A stretch of DNA of 64,000 nucleotides from Guillardia theta CCMP2712 (lineage: Eukaryota; Protista; Cryptophyta). The notes under the pieces are model-generated. The model made no database searches and was not told the DNA's origin. It saw only the letters and a list, made by a program, of their open reading frames with translations. The stretch's first letter is position 1. Each line of letters starts with the position of its first letter. Of this stretch, positions 1 to 12,340 are shown in pieces. The DNA lies in contig NW_005434607.1 of NCBI RefSeq assembly GCF_000315625.1, positions 366,220 to 430,219 of the forward strand. Direction: 5' to 3'. Position numbers and translations under genes: made by a program.

Positions 1-305
1 GAGGGGAGGGGAAGGAGGGGAGGGGAGGGAGAGGAGGGGAGGGGAGAGAGGGAGAGGAGGCGGTCATGGATTTTTTGACTTGGGACTGTTCCAGGTGCCT
101 ACAAGACATTAGCAGCTTCGTGAGGCCGGTGAGTGGAGGGTGACGAGACTGACGAGACTGACGAGGACGAAGGAGTATAAGGTGACGGACAGGTCGACAG
201 ACAGTTCTTGATGAGAGAGTTTATCTTTTTACATGAATCAATCTCCTTGTTCCCCTCTCCCCCCCTCTTGCTCTCCGTCCTTTCCCTCGCTTCCCTCCTG
301 CTGTT

Positions 306-1300
306 CTAACCCTGGATGACCGTGCGAGCTTGACTAATGAGAGGCGAAGTAAGGCCCTCTTCCTCGTGCCTCTCCTCCTTGCCGCTCCCCTTCATCCTCA
401 TCGCGTCATCCTGCTCGCTGTCTTCTCTCGCGTACGCCTCCTGGATGATCTTCTGCCCCTCCCTCCACATCCTGCGGATCCGATCCAACTGCGCGTCTCG
501 TCATGGCTGCGGGGGAGGAGGAAGAGATCGACAGACCTGCAGCCATCCGATGAAGCACGCGACGATCGCCAGGCAGATGACCTGAACGCATGAGCCTCAG
601 GCAGAGGGAGAAGTCGGTCGACGAGCCAGGAGGACGAGAGAGAGGGAGCGCAAGGGGGCAAGGGTTGAAGCAAGGAGGCAGCGGCATGTAGTCAGTCTCA
701 CCATGGCCAGCCATATCATGCAGATCCACCATAAAACCAAGAAAGCGCTGTTGTCACCCCAGCTAACGCCCTAGTCAGAGCTCATCGACTCTCCCTCCTC
801 TCCTCCCACCTTCCATCTCGACAACCACCTGGGACTCCCTTGTCCCCAAACGCCCACACGCAACCGACTGAAGGCAGCATGTGAGAGGGGTCGTCTCTAC
901 CTCAAACCTCCTCACCGATGAACCAAGAGGTTTGAAAGATTGAGATGCAGTACAGCATAAAGTTCGCCTTGATGCTGTACTCCAGTCTTAATGCCAGCAC
1001 TGCGCAAACGGTGAGCTCGAGGACAAGGACGCGCGAGGCTCCGTCCTCCCCCTCACCCGCAAGGCTCATGATCGGGAGCAAGAAGGAGGTTATGGCCTCA
1101 ATCTGTGTCAACGTTCAGTCCACTAGGAGCGCAGCAGTCAGTATCGATCGCCCTTGCCTTGAGCCAGAGTGCAACTCGTCCATCGGGCCCGACAAAGTCA
1201 CTTGGCTCCCCGCTGGTGCAGAACTCGCGGATGTGGGCGACGATCGCCCACAGACAGGCGCAGCTGGGGAGCAGGAGGCTTAAGACGTTATGGTGAGGTC
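306..1300 (-). CDS. Multi-exon hypothetical protein with hydrophobic segments; boundaries approximate
   Basis: Minus-strand ORF pieces 902..1111 (hydrophobic) and 306..488 (terminal exon with stop), separated by intron-like segments. No recognisable domain. Confidence 0.35.
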
Positions 1301-1347
1301 AACGCATCATCTACCCTGTGATTACATTGATGAGACGTAGGATCCAG

Positions 1348-2123
1348 ATGTCGCCATGCCGGACTGCAGGCACGCAGCGTCAGGGACAGGAGGACAACGA
1401 CTGAGCATGCAGACCTTGTCCTCTGCTCGCAAGGGGCGAGGAGGTCGACTGCTCCCCGATCTCATAGAGGAGACGCGGAGAAAGTCGTGCATGCCCGGAA
1501 ATCGCTCCCCACACGCTGCCCTGCAGGTGCATCAGGTCGCCGCGAGCCTGGCCGGCACTGCTCATACCTGGGATCTCTCAGCTGGACTTTCATGGATCTC
1601 CTCCTCGCTCTCATTCTGCTGCAGGACACGAGCGTCAAGAAGCGCCGGGGCAGCCAAGGGGCGTTGCAGAGGAAGAGACCTCAGGGTCGGAATCTTCACT
1701 AGTCATACTCTTGACGTCATGTGCTCTGACTTGTGTTCTCGGCCTTGGACATTCAGTTACTTCCTGCAAGGAGATCAGTGCAAGGGAGGGAGCGCGACTG
1801 GACAAGTGTCGCAATCTCAAAATGGAAAGCATGCCAACTTTCAAAGATTTCGAGACAAACTGGGATGATATCACAACCTACATCACAAACACCACACACT
1901 AGGTACAACAATGCCTTCATGGTGCTGGCAGTTCCTGCTTTTCCCCATCCCCGCTCCGCTCCGCTCCCTGCCCCTCCTGTTTTCCCCTTCCCCACTGCCG
2001 TTCCCTCGCCAGCCATGGCTGAAGGAAATTCAGGACACTGTCCGGATGAAGTTGATTAAAATAGTTTTGAGTGGAAAGGGTTTGTCGGATGAGGCGATGG
2101 AGTTGACGGCGAAAACAAGATGA
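1348..2123 (+). CDS. Multi-exon hypothetical protein
   Basis: Plausible GT-AG introns join exons DTSVKKRRGSQG / VTSCKEISAREG...TNTTH / PWLKEIQDTVRMKL...AKTR*. No recognisable domain. Confidence 0.35.
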
Positions 2124-2310
2124 TGGCCTTGAGGAGACATGCAGGGGGAGGAGGGAGGAGCAGCAGCAGCAGCAGGAGCAGCAGTGAGTGAGTGAGGGAG
2201 AGGGAGGGAGAGGGAGGGAGGGAGGAAGCGAGCGAGCGAGCGAGCGAGCGGAAGGAGGAGGAGGAGAGCGGATATGATGATTACGATGATAATGCGATGA
2301 TGGGGTGAGG

Positions 2311-4621
2311 ATGAAAACCGCGATCTCAAGAGTTAGAGCCCTTCTCCTATCATGCCTGCTGCTCGGCACCGCGAACTTGTTACGAGCGCAGTGTCCTGCG
2401 GGCTACTATCAGAGCGCAGGAAGCTGCAAGTAAGTTTGCCATGGCAGGGGATCATGTCAAGGAGTCTGACTTGCTTGCGAAGGATCTGTCTCGGCTATGA
2501 GTTCAACCCAACTCAAGGGATGGCGGTACTGGTGGCCCAGCCCTGCCCTAAAGGGAAGTACCTCAAGAATGCTTGTCACTACGGAAACTCTACAACAGAC
2601 AGTGTTTGCATGTCTTGCACTTATTCGAGCACGGTCTACTCGCTTCCTGCTGGCGCTGCCTACGGTTATCCCCTGCGTGGCCCTGAAGTGAACGACTGTG
2701 ATGTGGTGAGAGCGGATACTGTTCTTGAGCAAGGATGGCGAGATCTGACCACGAGCTCTATGAATGTCTGCAGTACTGTGTGAACTCGTATGCATACCTC
2801 TACTTCTCTTACAACAACGATCGGTATCCTGACTGCAGAAGTTGTTCAAGGTACTGTCCACCAGGCCAGTTCATCGGTAGCCAGGCGATGTCTTATTGGA
2901 TCATTGAGTGATGGAGCTTGTGAACCAGATGGGTGCGGCGGAAAATCGTCGGGGTCTTGTGTCGCCTGCTTCGGGTGAGATCATCTGATCTGATCCGATC
3001 CGATCCGATCCGATCCGATCCGATCTGATCTGATCTGATCTGATCTGATCTGATCTGATCTGATCCGATCCGATCCGATCTGATCTCAGTCTCTGCCTTG
3101 ACGTGAACCTGCAGGTACAACACAAATAATCAATTTGCGACCCCCTTCGTAAGACGTGCATGTCGTGTTTTTCGTTTCCCTCTTACTCACCACGAGGCTT
3201 GTCCCCCTGGGACATTCTTGTTCGACGCATGTCCCAGCGGCTATCTCGTTAGCTTGTTTGCATCGCTGCTTTCAGCTGGCTCACTGCCTTGCGCCAGGCC
3301 GACATGGAGAACAAGTACAATGATTCCGGCCAGTATCCGTCACGCTGTCTGCCCTGCAGCAGCTTTCGTCCCTTGCATTCCGAATACTTGTATCCTCTGT
3401 CGGTGAGCGAGGAGCTGGGTGAGAATGCTTCCGAGTCATCTTTGCAAACAGGCAAACACAGACACATGCCAATGGCGTTGCAGAGATGGATATCAAAAGG
3501 TAAAGATCCGACCTCTGCTCCAGCTCCAGCTCCTGCTCCAGCTCCTGCTCCAGCTCAAACTCCTGCCCCTGCCCCTGCCCCTGCCCCTGCCCCTGCCCCT
3601 GCCCCTGCTCCTGCTCTACCTTCTCCTACTCCTGCTGCTCCCTGATTCACTTAAACCCCTTCTAGGTAACAAGGAATGGGATCGATTTCTGCGAGCCCTG
3701 CTCAGCCCCCTGCTACCCGAATGCGGTGGAGCTGGGCAGCGCCGAGACCTACCTGGTAGCTCAAGTCTTCCTGAAGGTTACCATGACGGTGGTTTTGTAC
3801 CAGGGCCCGGGCCAGGCGCCGGAGGAGCTGATTTCCTGCAAGTGGATTTGGAGCGACAGCTCTGGTTTCAGGTTGGGGGGATGGTGCTCAAGGCGAAACC
3901 TCCTGACTGTGTCCCTGCCCAGTGGATCTGTGCCGCAAGGGACGACAGTTCGTCTTGAGACTGTGATAACACTTGTTTTACGCTCCTCCGCCTCCTCCTC
4001 CTCCGCTGGGCCTCCTGTTCTTGCTCCCCTGTCCTCATTCTCCTTCTCCTTTCTTTGCCTCTTCCCATCCTGCCCTCATTTTGCATCACCGACACCACGG
4101 CAGACTTACAACTTGACCTCCTCCGTGTCGTCGTCACAAAGTCTACCAGCTGAGATCTATCTCATGTGCCTCAATGAAGCTGTCGTGATCCTCAACGACA
4201 AGAAGGTGCTCCGCCCTCACTCTCCTCTCCTCCTCTTGAGCAGCGTCTCTCCTCTCCTTCCTCTGACGCACTCTCAGGTAGCATACTTCAGCCCCTACGG
4301 GATGGAAAACACTCCCATGCACAAAATCCTCGTGCAGCTGCAGCAAGGGCTCAACGCCCTTCAAGTCTACGTCACGTCCTACACTGGCGACGGAGGCAGG
4401 AGGAGAGGACGAGGGTCTGAGTTGCTGACTAGCCTGTAGGCCTCTTGCTCTCTGCCATGAGCTCCAACGTGACCCTTTTCAACACCTCAGCCGAGTGGAC
4501 ATGGTCTGAGGGAGGGGCAGGTAGGAGAGCACGCGTTCGCTGCAGTAGCTGCGGATGAGGATGAGGAGAATGATGCTGCTGCAGGGCCAGGGACGTTGAT
4601 CGCATGGGACGAGCTGGCATG
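2311..4621 (+). CDS. Secreted/surface cysteine-rich repeat protein (TNFR/GCC2-GCC3-like Cys repeats), multi-exon; 3' end approximate
   Basis: ATG 2311 gives a signal peptide MKTAISRVRALLLSCLLLGTANLLRA followed by QCPAGYYQSAGSC and a GTAAG donor. Later exons include CPKGKYLKNAC...DSVCMSC and CLPCSS. Confidence 0.65.
2983..3085. repeat. Intronic pentanucleotide microsatellite (GATCT/GATCC)n
   Basis: Directly visible tandem array. Confidence 0.95.
3515..3643. repeat. Intronic hexanucleotide repeat (CCTGCY/CCAGCT)n
   Basis: Tandem array following a GT donor near 3500. Confidence 0.9.
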
Positions 4622-4762
4622 AGAGCAGAAGGAAGGCATGATAAGCAAGAGAGTGGGAGCCGATGAGTGTGTGTAGGGTGGGGGGAAGGAGAAGAGGAGG
4701 GAGAGGAGCATCACCAGATAGGGAGAAACAAGAGGTTTGATACGATATGATAAAGGCAGAGT

Positions 4763-7700
4763 CTAGTGGGCAAGCAACCTCGACAAGGGATCGTTGGGGT
4801 AGCAGAACTTGATCTTCCTCCTCGGCCTAGAGGACAAGGAAGTGCTGCCAGCTGTTGCCTGCGAGCAGGTCAGAGGCAGAAGAGAGGGGGGGCAGAAGAG
4901 AGGGAGAGAGGATCGAAGGATGGGGAGGGGGGAAACGAGGAGGAGGAGGAGGAGGAGGGTGGCAGGATGAAGGGGGAGAGGAAGAGGAAGAGGAGGAAAG
5001 AGGGAGGAGGGAGGGTGAGGAGGAGGAGGTACCTTGAACTTGGGGTTGCACTGTGGGATCTTGGACTTTGTTTCGGGAGCAAGCTTTTCGCAGACGAGGC
5101 TGAGGAGGTCCATAACCTGTCGAAGAGTCTCAGCCGCCCTCATCGAACCAAGGAAGACTGAACCTTGTCCTTGACTGGAGCCCCGTCGAGAACAATCTGA
5201 GGGAAGGGAAGTCAGAATTCGAAAACTTCTGAGCAGAGCAGAGCAGAGCAGCGGAGAGGAGAGGAGAAGAGAGGGGAGGGAGGGGAGGAGAGGAGAGGGG
5301 TGGGGAGGTTAGGAGAGGAGCGAGCGAGAGAGAGGAGGAGGGAAAAGGGGAGAAGAGTAGAATCTTTGGACGAGAGAGAAATCGCACCCAAGGCGTGAAG
5401 GTGTGAGGAGGGTCGAGGTCAATGGTCTGCTTGGCAGCCTGTGCACATACATGTCAGTGGAGGAGAGGAGGAGGGAAATGAGAATCCGAGGAAGGGAGGA
5501 GAAGAAGGAGTAAGGGGAAAGGGGGAGAGAAAATGGGAGAAGGAGAGAGAAAGGAAGAAGTAGGAAGGAGCAGGGGGGGATGAAGATGGAGGAGAGAGTA
5601 GGTAGAGGGAGAAAGGAAGAATGCTCCACCTGCATATGGAGGAGGTCCCCTTCGTTGCCAGTGGCACATTGGATGATGGCGTTCACGTCCATCCCGCTGT
5701 CGGCCAGGCACGTGCGCGAGGCGTTGAGAGGAGTTTCGTCGGACTTCTCGATGCACTTGAAGGCAGGGAACCAGGCCTGAGGGCAACCAAGTCAGAGAGC
5801 GTGAGGCAGCCAGCGGCCTCGCTCGTCACCTGCCAGTCGTTGTTCTTCCCGTACTTGTCCATCATGCACAGCTCGATCTTGTTACCCACGCACTCGTCCT
5901 CTCCATGCTGGCACTTGATTACGCTGTTGTTCAGCTGCGCATTGCCGTAGGGGATGGCCCGCAGGTTCACGTAGTCCCCGACGGCATTGAGGACATCTGT
6001 GAGAACTGAAGTGGTGAAAGCCTTGCAGCCCGGACACCCTGCCTCCATGTAGAAGTCGATCTGGATCTTCTTCGGCTTCTGCTCCTTCTTGTCCCTCTCC
6101 TCATCGTCTTCCTTCTCCTCCTTCTCCTCACTCTTCTCCTCCTTCTTGCCCGCTGCAGAGGCTGCTGTTGCCTCGAAATCCTTCTTCTGTTGCGCAGCTT
6201 CGAGCTCGCGGACGACCTGGATGAGAAGGTCATGGAGAGAGACTGACGCGCAGCCTCACCTTCTCGAGCTCATCGACGATCTCCGATTGTCTCTGCAGCT
6301 GCTCGGCAAACTCTCCCTGCGCCTTCACACTCTTCCTTGATGCCTCGACTGCACCCTTCGCACCTGGTCATCTCCCTTGCACCCTGTAGTTTCACAAGCC
6401 TCACCTGCAAGAATCCAGCAGAGAAGGCTTCTGCAGCCTGAGAGCCGTCTTGGGTGCTCAGCCTTCCGTTGGTTGCATCATCGTACAGCTGCGAGAGAAG
6501 ATCATAACAGGGACTCAAAGGCGACGACTTGTGTTACCCTGTCCATCAGGTTCTCTTTTTCCTCCTCCAAGGCTTTCTCCTTCCTTCTAATCTTCAACAG
6601 CCTGTCAATCCTTTCCACTTCCGGAGTCTTGACGATCTGCTCAGCAGCACTTCAACTTCTCAGGTAGAGATGGTATTCTAACAACCTGCTGATCCGCAGC
6701 TGGGGTGCTGGAGGCAGCTGGCTTGTCATCGGACCCACGCATGAACCAGGTGAAGGGAAGGATCCAAGACGACGGCTCCTCGGGATAGAAGACTTCCTTG
6801 CCACTTCTTCCGTCGACAACGCCGATGGTCACAGCTGGCGAGTTGTAATCGGACTGGTCCTGATCGTCGTATTGTGAATCATCGTTGTAGTCGTCAGCAT
6901 CGCTGGAGCCTGGAGGTTGACATCAGCACACGTTCATCGAGGGGTAAGGGAAACACAGCATCGTAGAACTCACCAACATCGCTGTTTTCACGCTGCAGCA
7001 ATCATCAAGTCAGAAAGAGGTGCAGTTGAGGGGAGATGGTGTTACAATGTAGGTCCCAGCGACATCCCTGGCGGAGTTACGGCGCTCGTCGTCATCATTG
7101 TTGACATACATCTCCTGCGAGGAATCATAGCGTAAGAAACAACATAGAGATCAAAGTAGATCTGGCAGTCATACATTGCTCGAATCGATCGCCTTGTTCG
7201 AATCAGCCTGGTCAAGTCCGAACTTGCCTATCAAGAGTATCGGCATTTCACGTTGGGTAAGTTGGAGCTCACCATAGGTCGTTGGCATGGCTCCGCCTCT
7301 TTGAGGCCAGCCAATCGTCCTGCATTTGAATCACAACAAGATCGACATCACCGACTCGCTGTACATGTGCAAACCGGACTTCTCCCTCTTTGTGTTGGCA
7401 AGCCCGCGCTATCAGAAACTTGTCATCAAGGAACAATCAGTCATGGCTACTTACAATCTGTCGTTTGGCTTGGTCCAACTGCTTCTGGATTCTAGCTTCT
7501 GCAGCAGATTGACTCGCCAACCTTACACCATCCGCATCAGAATCCACCTTTTCAATGGGGAAAATTCACCTTGAGTCGATGCTCTCGGCCTTGGCAATGA
7601 GCTACAGGAGACATCAAGAGCAGTCAGTCACGTTCGGCTAGACGAATTCTTCAACACCTTCTGGATCTCTGGATTGCGCTTTGAGAAACTTTCCCTGGCC

Positions 7701-7850
7701 TGTTTCAGGTATCGTTCCGCCTGCACATCCATATAAGAACATGAAGCAGATCGTGCAGGAGCAAAGCATGGCAGGCACCACCTTTTGCCGCAGGGGCGTC
7801 TCAGCTTTGCCCGCTGAGACAACGTGTAAGTATATCACTTGTCACAGAGT
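4763..7850 (-). CDS. GILT/IFI30-family thiol reductase with a long N-terminal acidic/coiled-coil extension; 5' end uncertain
   Basis: FYMEAGCPGC (CxxC), IPYGNA, GILT signature CQHGEDECVGNKIELC, PHTFTPWV and C-terminal KFCYP; stop at 4763. Upstream exons (GAKGAVEASRK.., SAAEQIVKTPEVERIDRLLK..) lie between GT-AG introns. Confidence 0.8.
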
Positions 7851-9324
7851 GATGGTGATTTACCGATCAGCCTCTTCTCCAACACATATGGATCCACCGA
7901 CTCTAGCACAGGAGGGGATGACCTTTGATTCACCCGCAAGTCCCCGCTCTTGGAAAGGATGATTGCAACTGTTGAAAACATCAGCATCAACAACTTGGCT
8001 GTTCAGAACAAGGGGTCGATGACAAAAGTAGCCATTTCTTCTTACCTGCCGCCACAGCGCACAGCGATGCAATCACCAAACCTCCTCTGGACATGATCAC
8101 CTGCTCGTTAAGTAAGCCAATCATCTATCTTCCTACGACCACATCATCATCATCAAAATCATAATCATAATCATCGCTACCACCACAACTACCACCCTGA
8201 TCATCGTGTACTGAAACCAAATCATTTGAAACCCGCGCTCATTCTACTCAGGAAATCGCCAAAAGCCCCCCTGCTTTCCTTGTTCCCTCTAGTCCATTTC
8301 TGCTATGACTTCTATCCCTCTTCTCCATGCTACCATCCCTTCTATCCCTCTTCTCCATGCTACCATCCCTCCTCACCCTCTTACCCTCTTCACCCTCCTC
8401 TTCCTCGCCCCTCCAATCATCAACCCCTCGTTCTGTTCCATTTCATGCTCCGAAACACGATCTATTTCTGGCAAATCTGCCACATCCCCCCTCAGGGCCT
8501 TCTAGCCTCAGCAGCTCTCATTAGTGAATATGGCCACCCCCGGCACCGGGCCGGATATTACTACCCAATATTATTACTTACTTGGTTTTACTTAACTCAA
8601 AACCTGGGCCGGCGCAGACAATCCAAAGTGACCTGCAAGATGCGGCCCCGGCCCGGGGTTGCATCGCAGATGAGGGAGAACGCAACGATTGGGATTGTTG
8701 CGGGAGAGTCAAGATACAGAAGGTTCTAATAACGACGTTTTTAAAATCGAAGCGAAACCTCAACCTCTCGGGAGATCTGGATGTGGGGGCCGTGATATGA
8801 AGAGACACGGGTTTGTTGCGACCTCGCTGCGAGATACAATGAAACACCACGATTCAGATTGTTGTGTCGGAAGGATGTGCAAATCAAGGATATTGCGTCG
8901 ATTCATGTTTCAAAAAAAATATTTTTCGTTCGCAAACGATGGATATGTTGTAAAGTGAACCGACCGTACGCAACTGCCCGTACTGATGAACCCACTCCCT
9001 ACCTTACTCGCCTTCTTAAGACTCAAAGTTTGCCCAGCAACAATGCGAATCATTGCTATTTATCGACCACCTTAACCAGCCTTACAGGAGGTGCAAGATG
9101 TGTGTCACGGGAAGGAGTTTTAAATTGCTCCAGCAACAATACCAATCGAAGTCTTTTCACATACAGTGCGGACTTGCCCGAAAAGGACTGGGCAACAATA
9201 CGAAGGGCTGCGATCTTTCCATCTCCTTTACCGTACAACTACGGGTCCATAATATATGAAAACGTCAGAGAACACTACGGGTACTCTCCCTCTCATAATA
9301 ACGGCGTGACAGTATACCCAGAAG

Positions 9325-10590
9325 TAGGTGTGTCCGGTACGCTACTATCTGTACGTTGTTACTGTAGGTTAAATTCGCGTACAGTAGGAATTTCAAAAAG
9401 TGATTCGGTACGAGCTGTACTATCCGAAAGAACGAATTTCAATTTGTTTCAAAGTTTTCAAATTTTTGATCGAACATACAAAATGATGAGGACCCACTTG
9501 CCATGCTGCGGGACGGCCAAGTTGATGATGGAAGCTACAGCGGTTCCGCCGACGTTGCTGGTGAAGATAGATAGGTGATGTCAGATACATGTTATCATCC
9601 ATTCAGAATCAGGTCCATTTTCTGCAGCATGGATGAAAGCCGCGCATTCACGAGTGCGTAACGAAAAGAATCCAGGTTAAACATGCAACGAGGTTCATGC
9701 TGCATACTACAGGCAAAGGCTTCTTATCGTTTCAACTTTGAAGCACAGGCAAGTCAAAAAGACTGTATGCATCCGATGTGAAGGCTTGTTATTGTCGCGG
9801 TACTGGGCAATTCGCAGCATGCGGCAAGCAAACCTGAATCATGCTCGCACAGAAATCTATATCATGAAGCGACGCTTTGAATGCCGGGCGAGATCCACTC
9901 GCTGTAGATGAATGGAAGCAAGCAAAGACAATCAATGAACACCTCGATGCAATCCGTACTGCAGAGTCAGACATTGGCGGGGATAGGAAAAGTATATTGA
10001 ACAAGCACATTGAAGGTGGGAATACCTTGATTGAATTAGAGAAGTTTTATATCAAGATTCAGCTGCTCTACTAGAAACTCTTTATCAGTAAACTCTTACA
10101 GCTCGGTTTGGAATTTCATCCACTTGCCTTATGACATGGCTTCTGTTGATAGCCTGGTGGAAACTTACGAATGTGTCTTGATCTAAAAATGGTTTGCACC
10201 GCCTTGAATGATCGAGGTTTGAGAAAAGAACGATGGTTGGTTGACGATTAATGAACGAATGAACGATGTATTCATCAGAGAACATTCATCTAACCATCAA
10301 CTTGATCAGGATCGCGGTAAATCGCGGTCGGAAGCGAAGGGCTGATGAGCGGGAAGGATGGGAGAGGGGGCAGGGCGGTGGGCAGGGGGGGGCGGTTTAA
10401 AAACTTGACTTTTAAATTTGACGAACCTACAGTAAGTACTAAACGTTCTTATTTTGCTCGGATTTGAGAAATAGCGATTATCGTACTATCTGTACGTTCA
10501 TCGTTAAAAACGGTTGTAGTGAAATTTAACGGACTGTCCGTAACATTTGTACCAGGGAACGTACAGATAGTTGCGTACCGGACACACCTA
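9325..10590 (+). mobile_element. Non-autonomous hAT-like DNA transposon (~1.27 kb) with ~33-bp TIRs and a transposase remnant
   Basis: Left TAGGTGTGTCCGGTACGCTACTATCTGTACGTT (9325-) and right AACGTACAGATAGTTGCGTACCGGACACACCTA (-10590) are inverted with 1 mismatch. Near 8-bp TSD GTATACCC/GTATGCCC. Internal LAVDEWKQAKTINEHLDAIRTA..IGGD resembles the hAT 'EW..L..' segment. Confidence 0.75.
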
Positions 10591-10865
10591 GTATGCCCTT
10601 CTGACCGACGAACTAGCTAGGTGGCCAGGCCAGTTTTCGATCAGACGACACCCCTGTAGTCTGTAGGATGGAGAGCCGACCTAGTTCTTGTCTTGATGTT
10701 GTTGGAGCCTTACATGAGCACTACCAAATGATGTCAGTCAGCAATCACTTCAATAATCACATGTCGTAAACATGATCAGGTGGATAGAGATGGAGAGAGA
10801 GATGAAGGGAGGTGGCCTGAGAGATGGGGGAGAGGCAGGGGGAGAGGGAGAGATGGATGAAGGAA

Positions 10866-10902
<37 letters not shown>

Positions 10903-10949
10903 ATAGACAGGCATGAGCGATTGGAAATGCAGCGGCGGCTTCCAACCGA

Positions 10950-12001
10950 AGTTGAGGACTGAGGGACAGGAGTAGAAAGGGGTATTAGTGGGCGCATACA
11001 GACAATTTGCTCGAAATCAGTCCAATGCACACACTTGAACAGCTTGAGAATTTCCATTGTTGATGCATATTTTTCTGTTTTGGTTTTCTCATGACAAGGA
11101 GTCACCCGCGTGAGATCAAATGTGTTTGTCACTGATTTGTTTGGATTGGTGAATTGGAATTGATCATCACTTTCAGAAGCAGCAAACTTTTCATCATTCA
11201 TGTTTTATGAAGCATAGATTATGGAGGCAAGATAGTTTTTTAGCAAGAATTTGTGGTGAAAAGAAGGTGAGCCTTGCAAATTCCACTGGTCTGCATAGGC
11301 GCTCCTTGCCTTTGCCTCCGTTAGATTCTTGTAATCCTGCAGTATCCCGCACAATGGAGAAGATACCATGTAGTAGAAGATGCTAGAGCTGGCCACATTG
11401 AAGTTAGGCTGTGCGTATTCATAGATGTACACGTTCTTCCTTGCAAGATTCCCTGTCAGTATATCGATCTCATACTTCAGCAGCTTGCTGTCATTGTCTG
11501 TCTTGGGTGTGAACTTGGGAATATAGTCCTTCTCCTGGTCCTCCTGATCATTCGTCTCTTCAAGATTGATACCTGTGTTGTCGTTCTGCTCTCCCTCCTC
11601 CTCTTTTCTGAGCTTATTGGGCACGATCCTCCATCGGAATGAGCCTAGGGGTAGGCAATCGGGAAATCGGGCACCACATCCCCGCTTGCAAGCTTCCTAA
11701 AGTATACGGGCACGAAGCCACATGTGAACACGCATCTTATTGCGCAGAGAAGGAAGGGGAAGTAATGCATATTCAGAAAGTCTTTGAAATCTTTGTTGCA
11801 TTCCCTGCCCTTGATTCTGCATTTAATATCCCTGCAGAGGCACATGCTTGGGAGTGTGGAGAAGCAGAACTGTATTGTTGGCTCATACATGCTGAGCTCT
11901 AAAAGCGCCCAGTACGACTCATCCTCATCGTATTTCCTCAACTTGCTCCTTGCAAGGAGAGCCTCGTTCTACAGCTTCTGTCTCTTTAAACGGGCACTCA
12001 T
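10950..12001 (-). pseudogene. Decayed intronless gene resembling an HK97-fold viral portal protein (Duplodnaviria, mirusvirus-like)
   Basis: Reconstructed: MSARLKRQKL*NEALL..EPTIQFCFSTLPSMCL..FLLCAIRCVFTCGFVPVYFRKLASGDVVPDCLPLGSFRW..VSSPLCGILQDYKNLTEAKARSAYADQWN. This follows phage-portal motif order. It has one in-frame stop and frameshifts. Confidence 0.5.
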
Positions 12002-12055
12002 CCTCAGGCTTTATTCAAAACTCTACTGCAATGTTTCTGATTTAATGATACAACA

Positions 12056-12340
12056 CTAAAAAGCAGTTGAAATACCATCCTTGTATTGATCTTGATAATT
12101 CCCTTTGTCATCCTTCTTCTCGTCCTCACCCATTGGGAGTGCCGTGTTTAGGCTCCGTTTCATCTGCACGATCCCGATCTCCTCTGCGATGTAGAGGACT
12201 CGGGAGGAGTGCAAAGATGATGACCGCTGCTTCGTGCCATACTCTCGCCTTGCCATGTTGCAAGTTGAGCACCATGCCGGTTCCCAATGTGAGTATGAAG
12301 TATATTATGCGGCTACTATGATGAACGATGAGTCACTAGT
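12056..12340 (-). pseudogene. Small intronless membrane-protein pseudogene just upstream of the portal-like gene
   Basis: IIYFILTLGTGMVLNLQHGKARVWHEAAVIIFALL shifts frame into VLYIAEEIGIVQMKRSLN...STAF*. About 55 bp from the next ATG. Confidence 0.35.

Noticed and set aside
2983-3085. Regular repeat array as CRISPR or a coding repeat
   Set aside because: Pure pentanucleotide microsatellite without spacers, inside an intron.
8859-9578. 239-aa ORF as a gene
   Set aside because: It runs across the transposon TIR at 9325 and has no recognisable motif; probably a chance frame.
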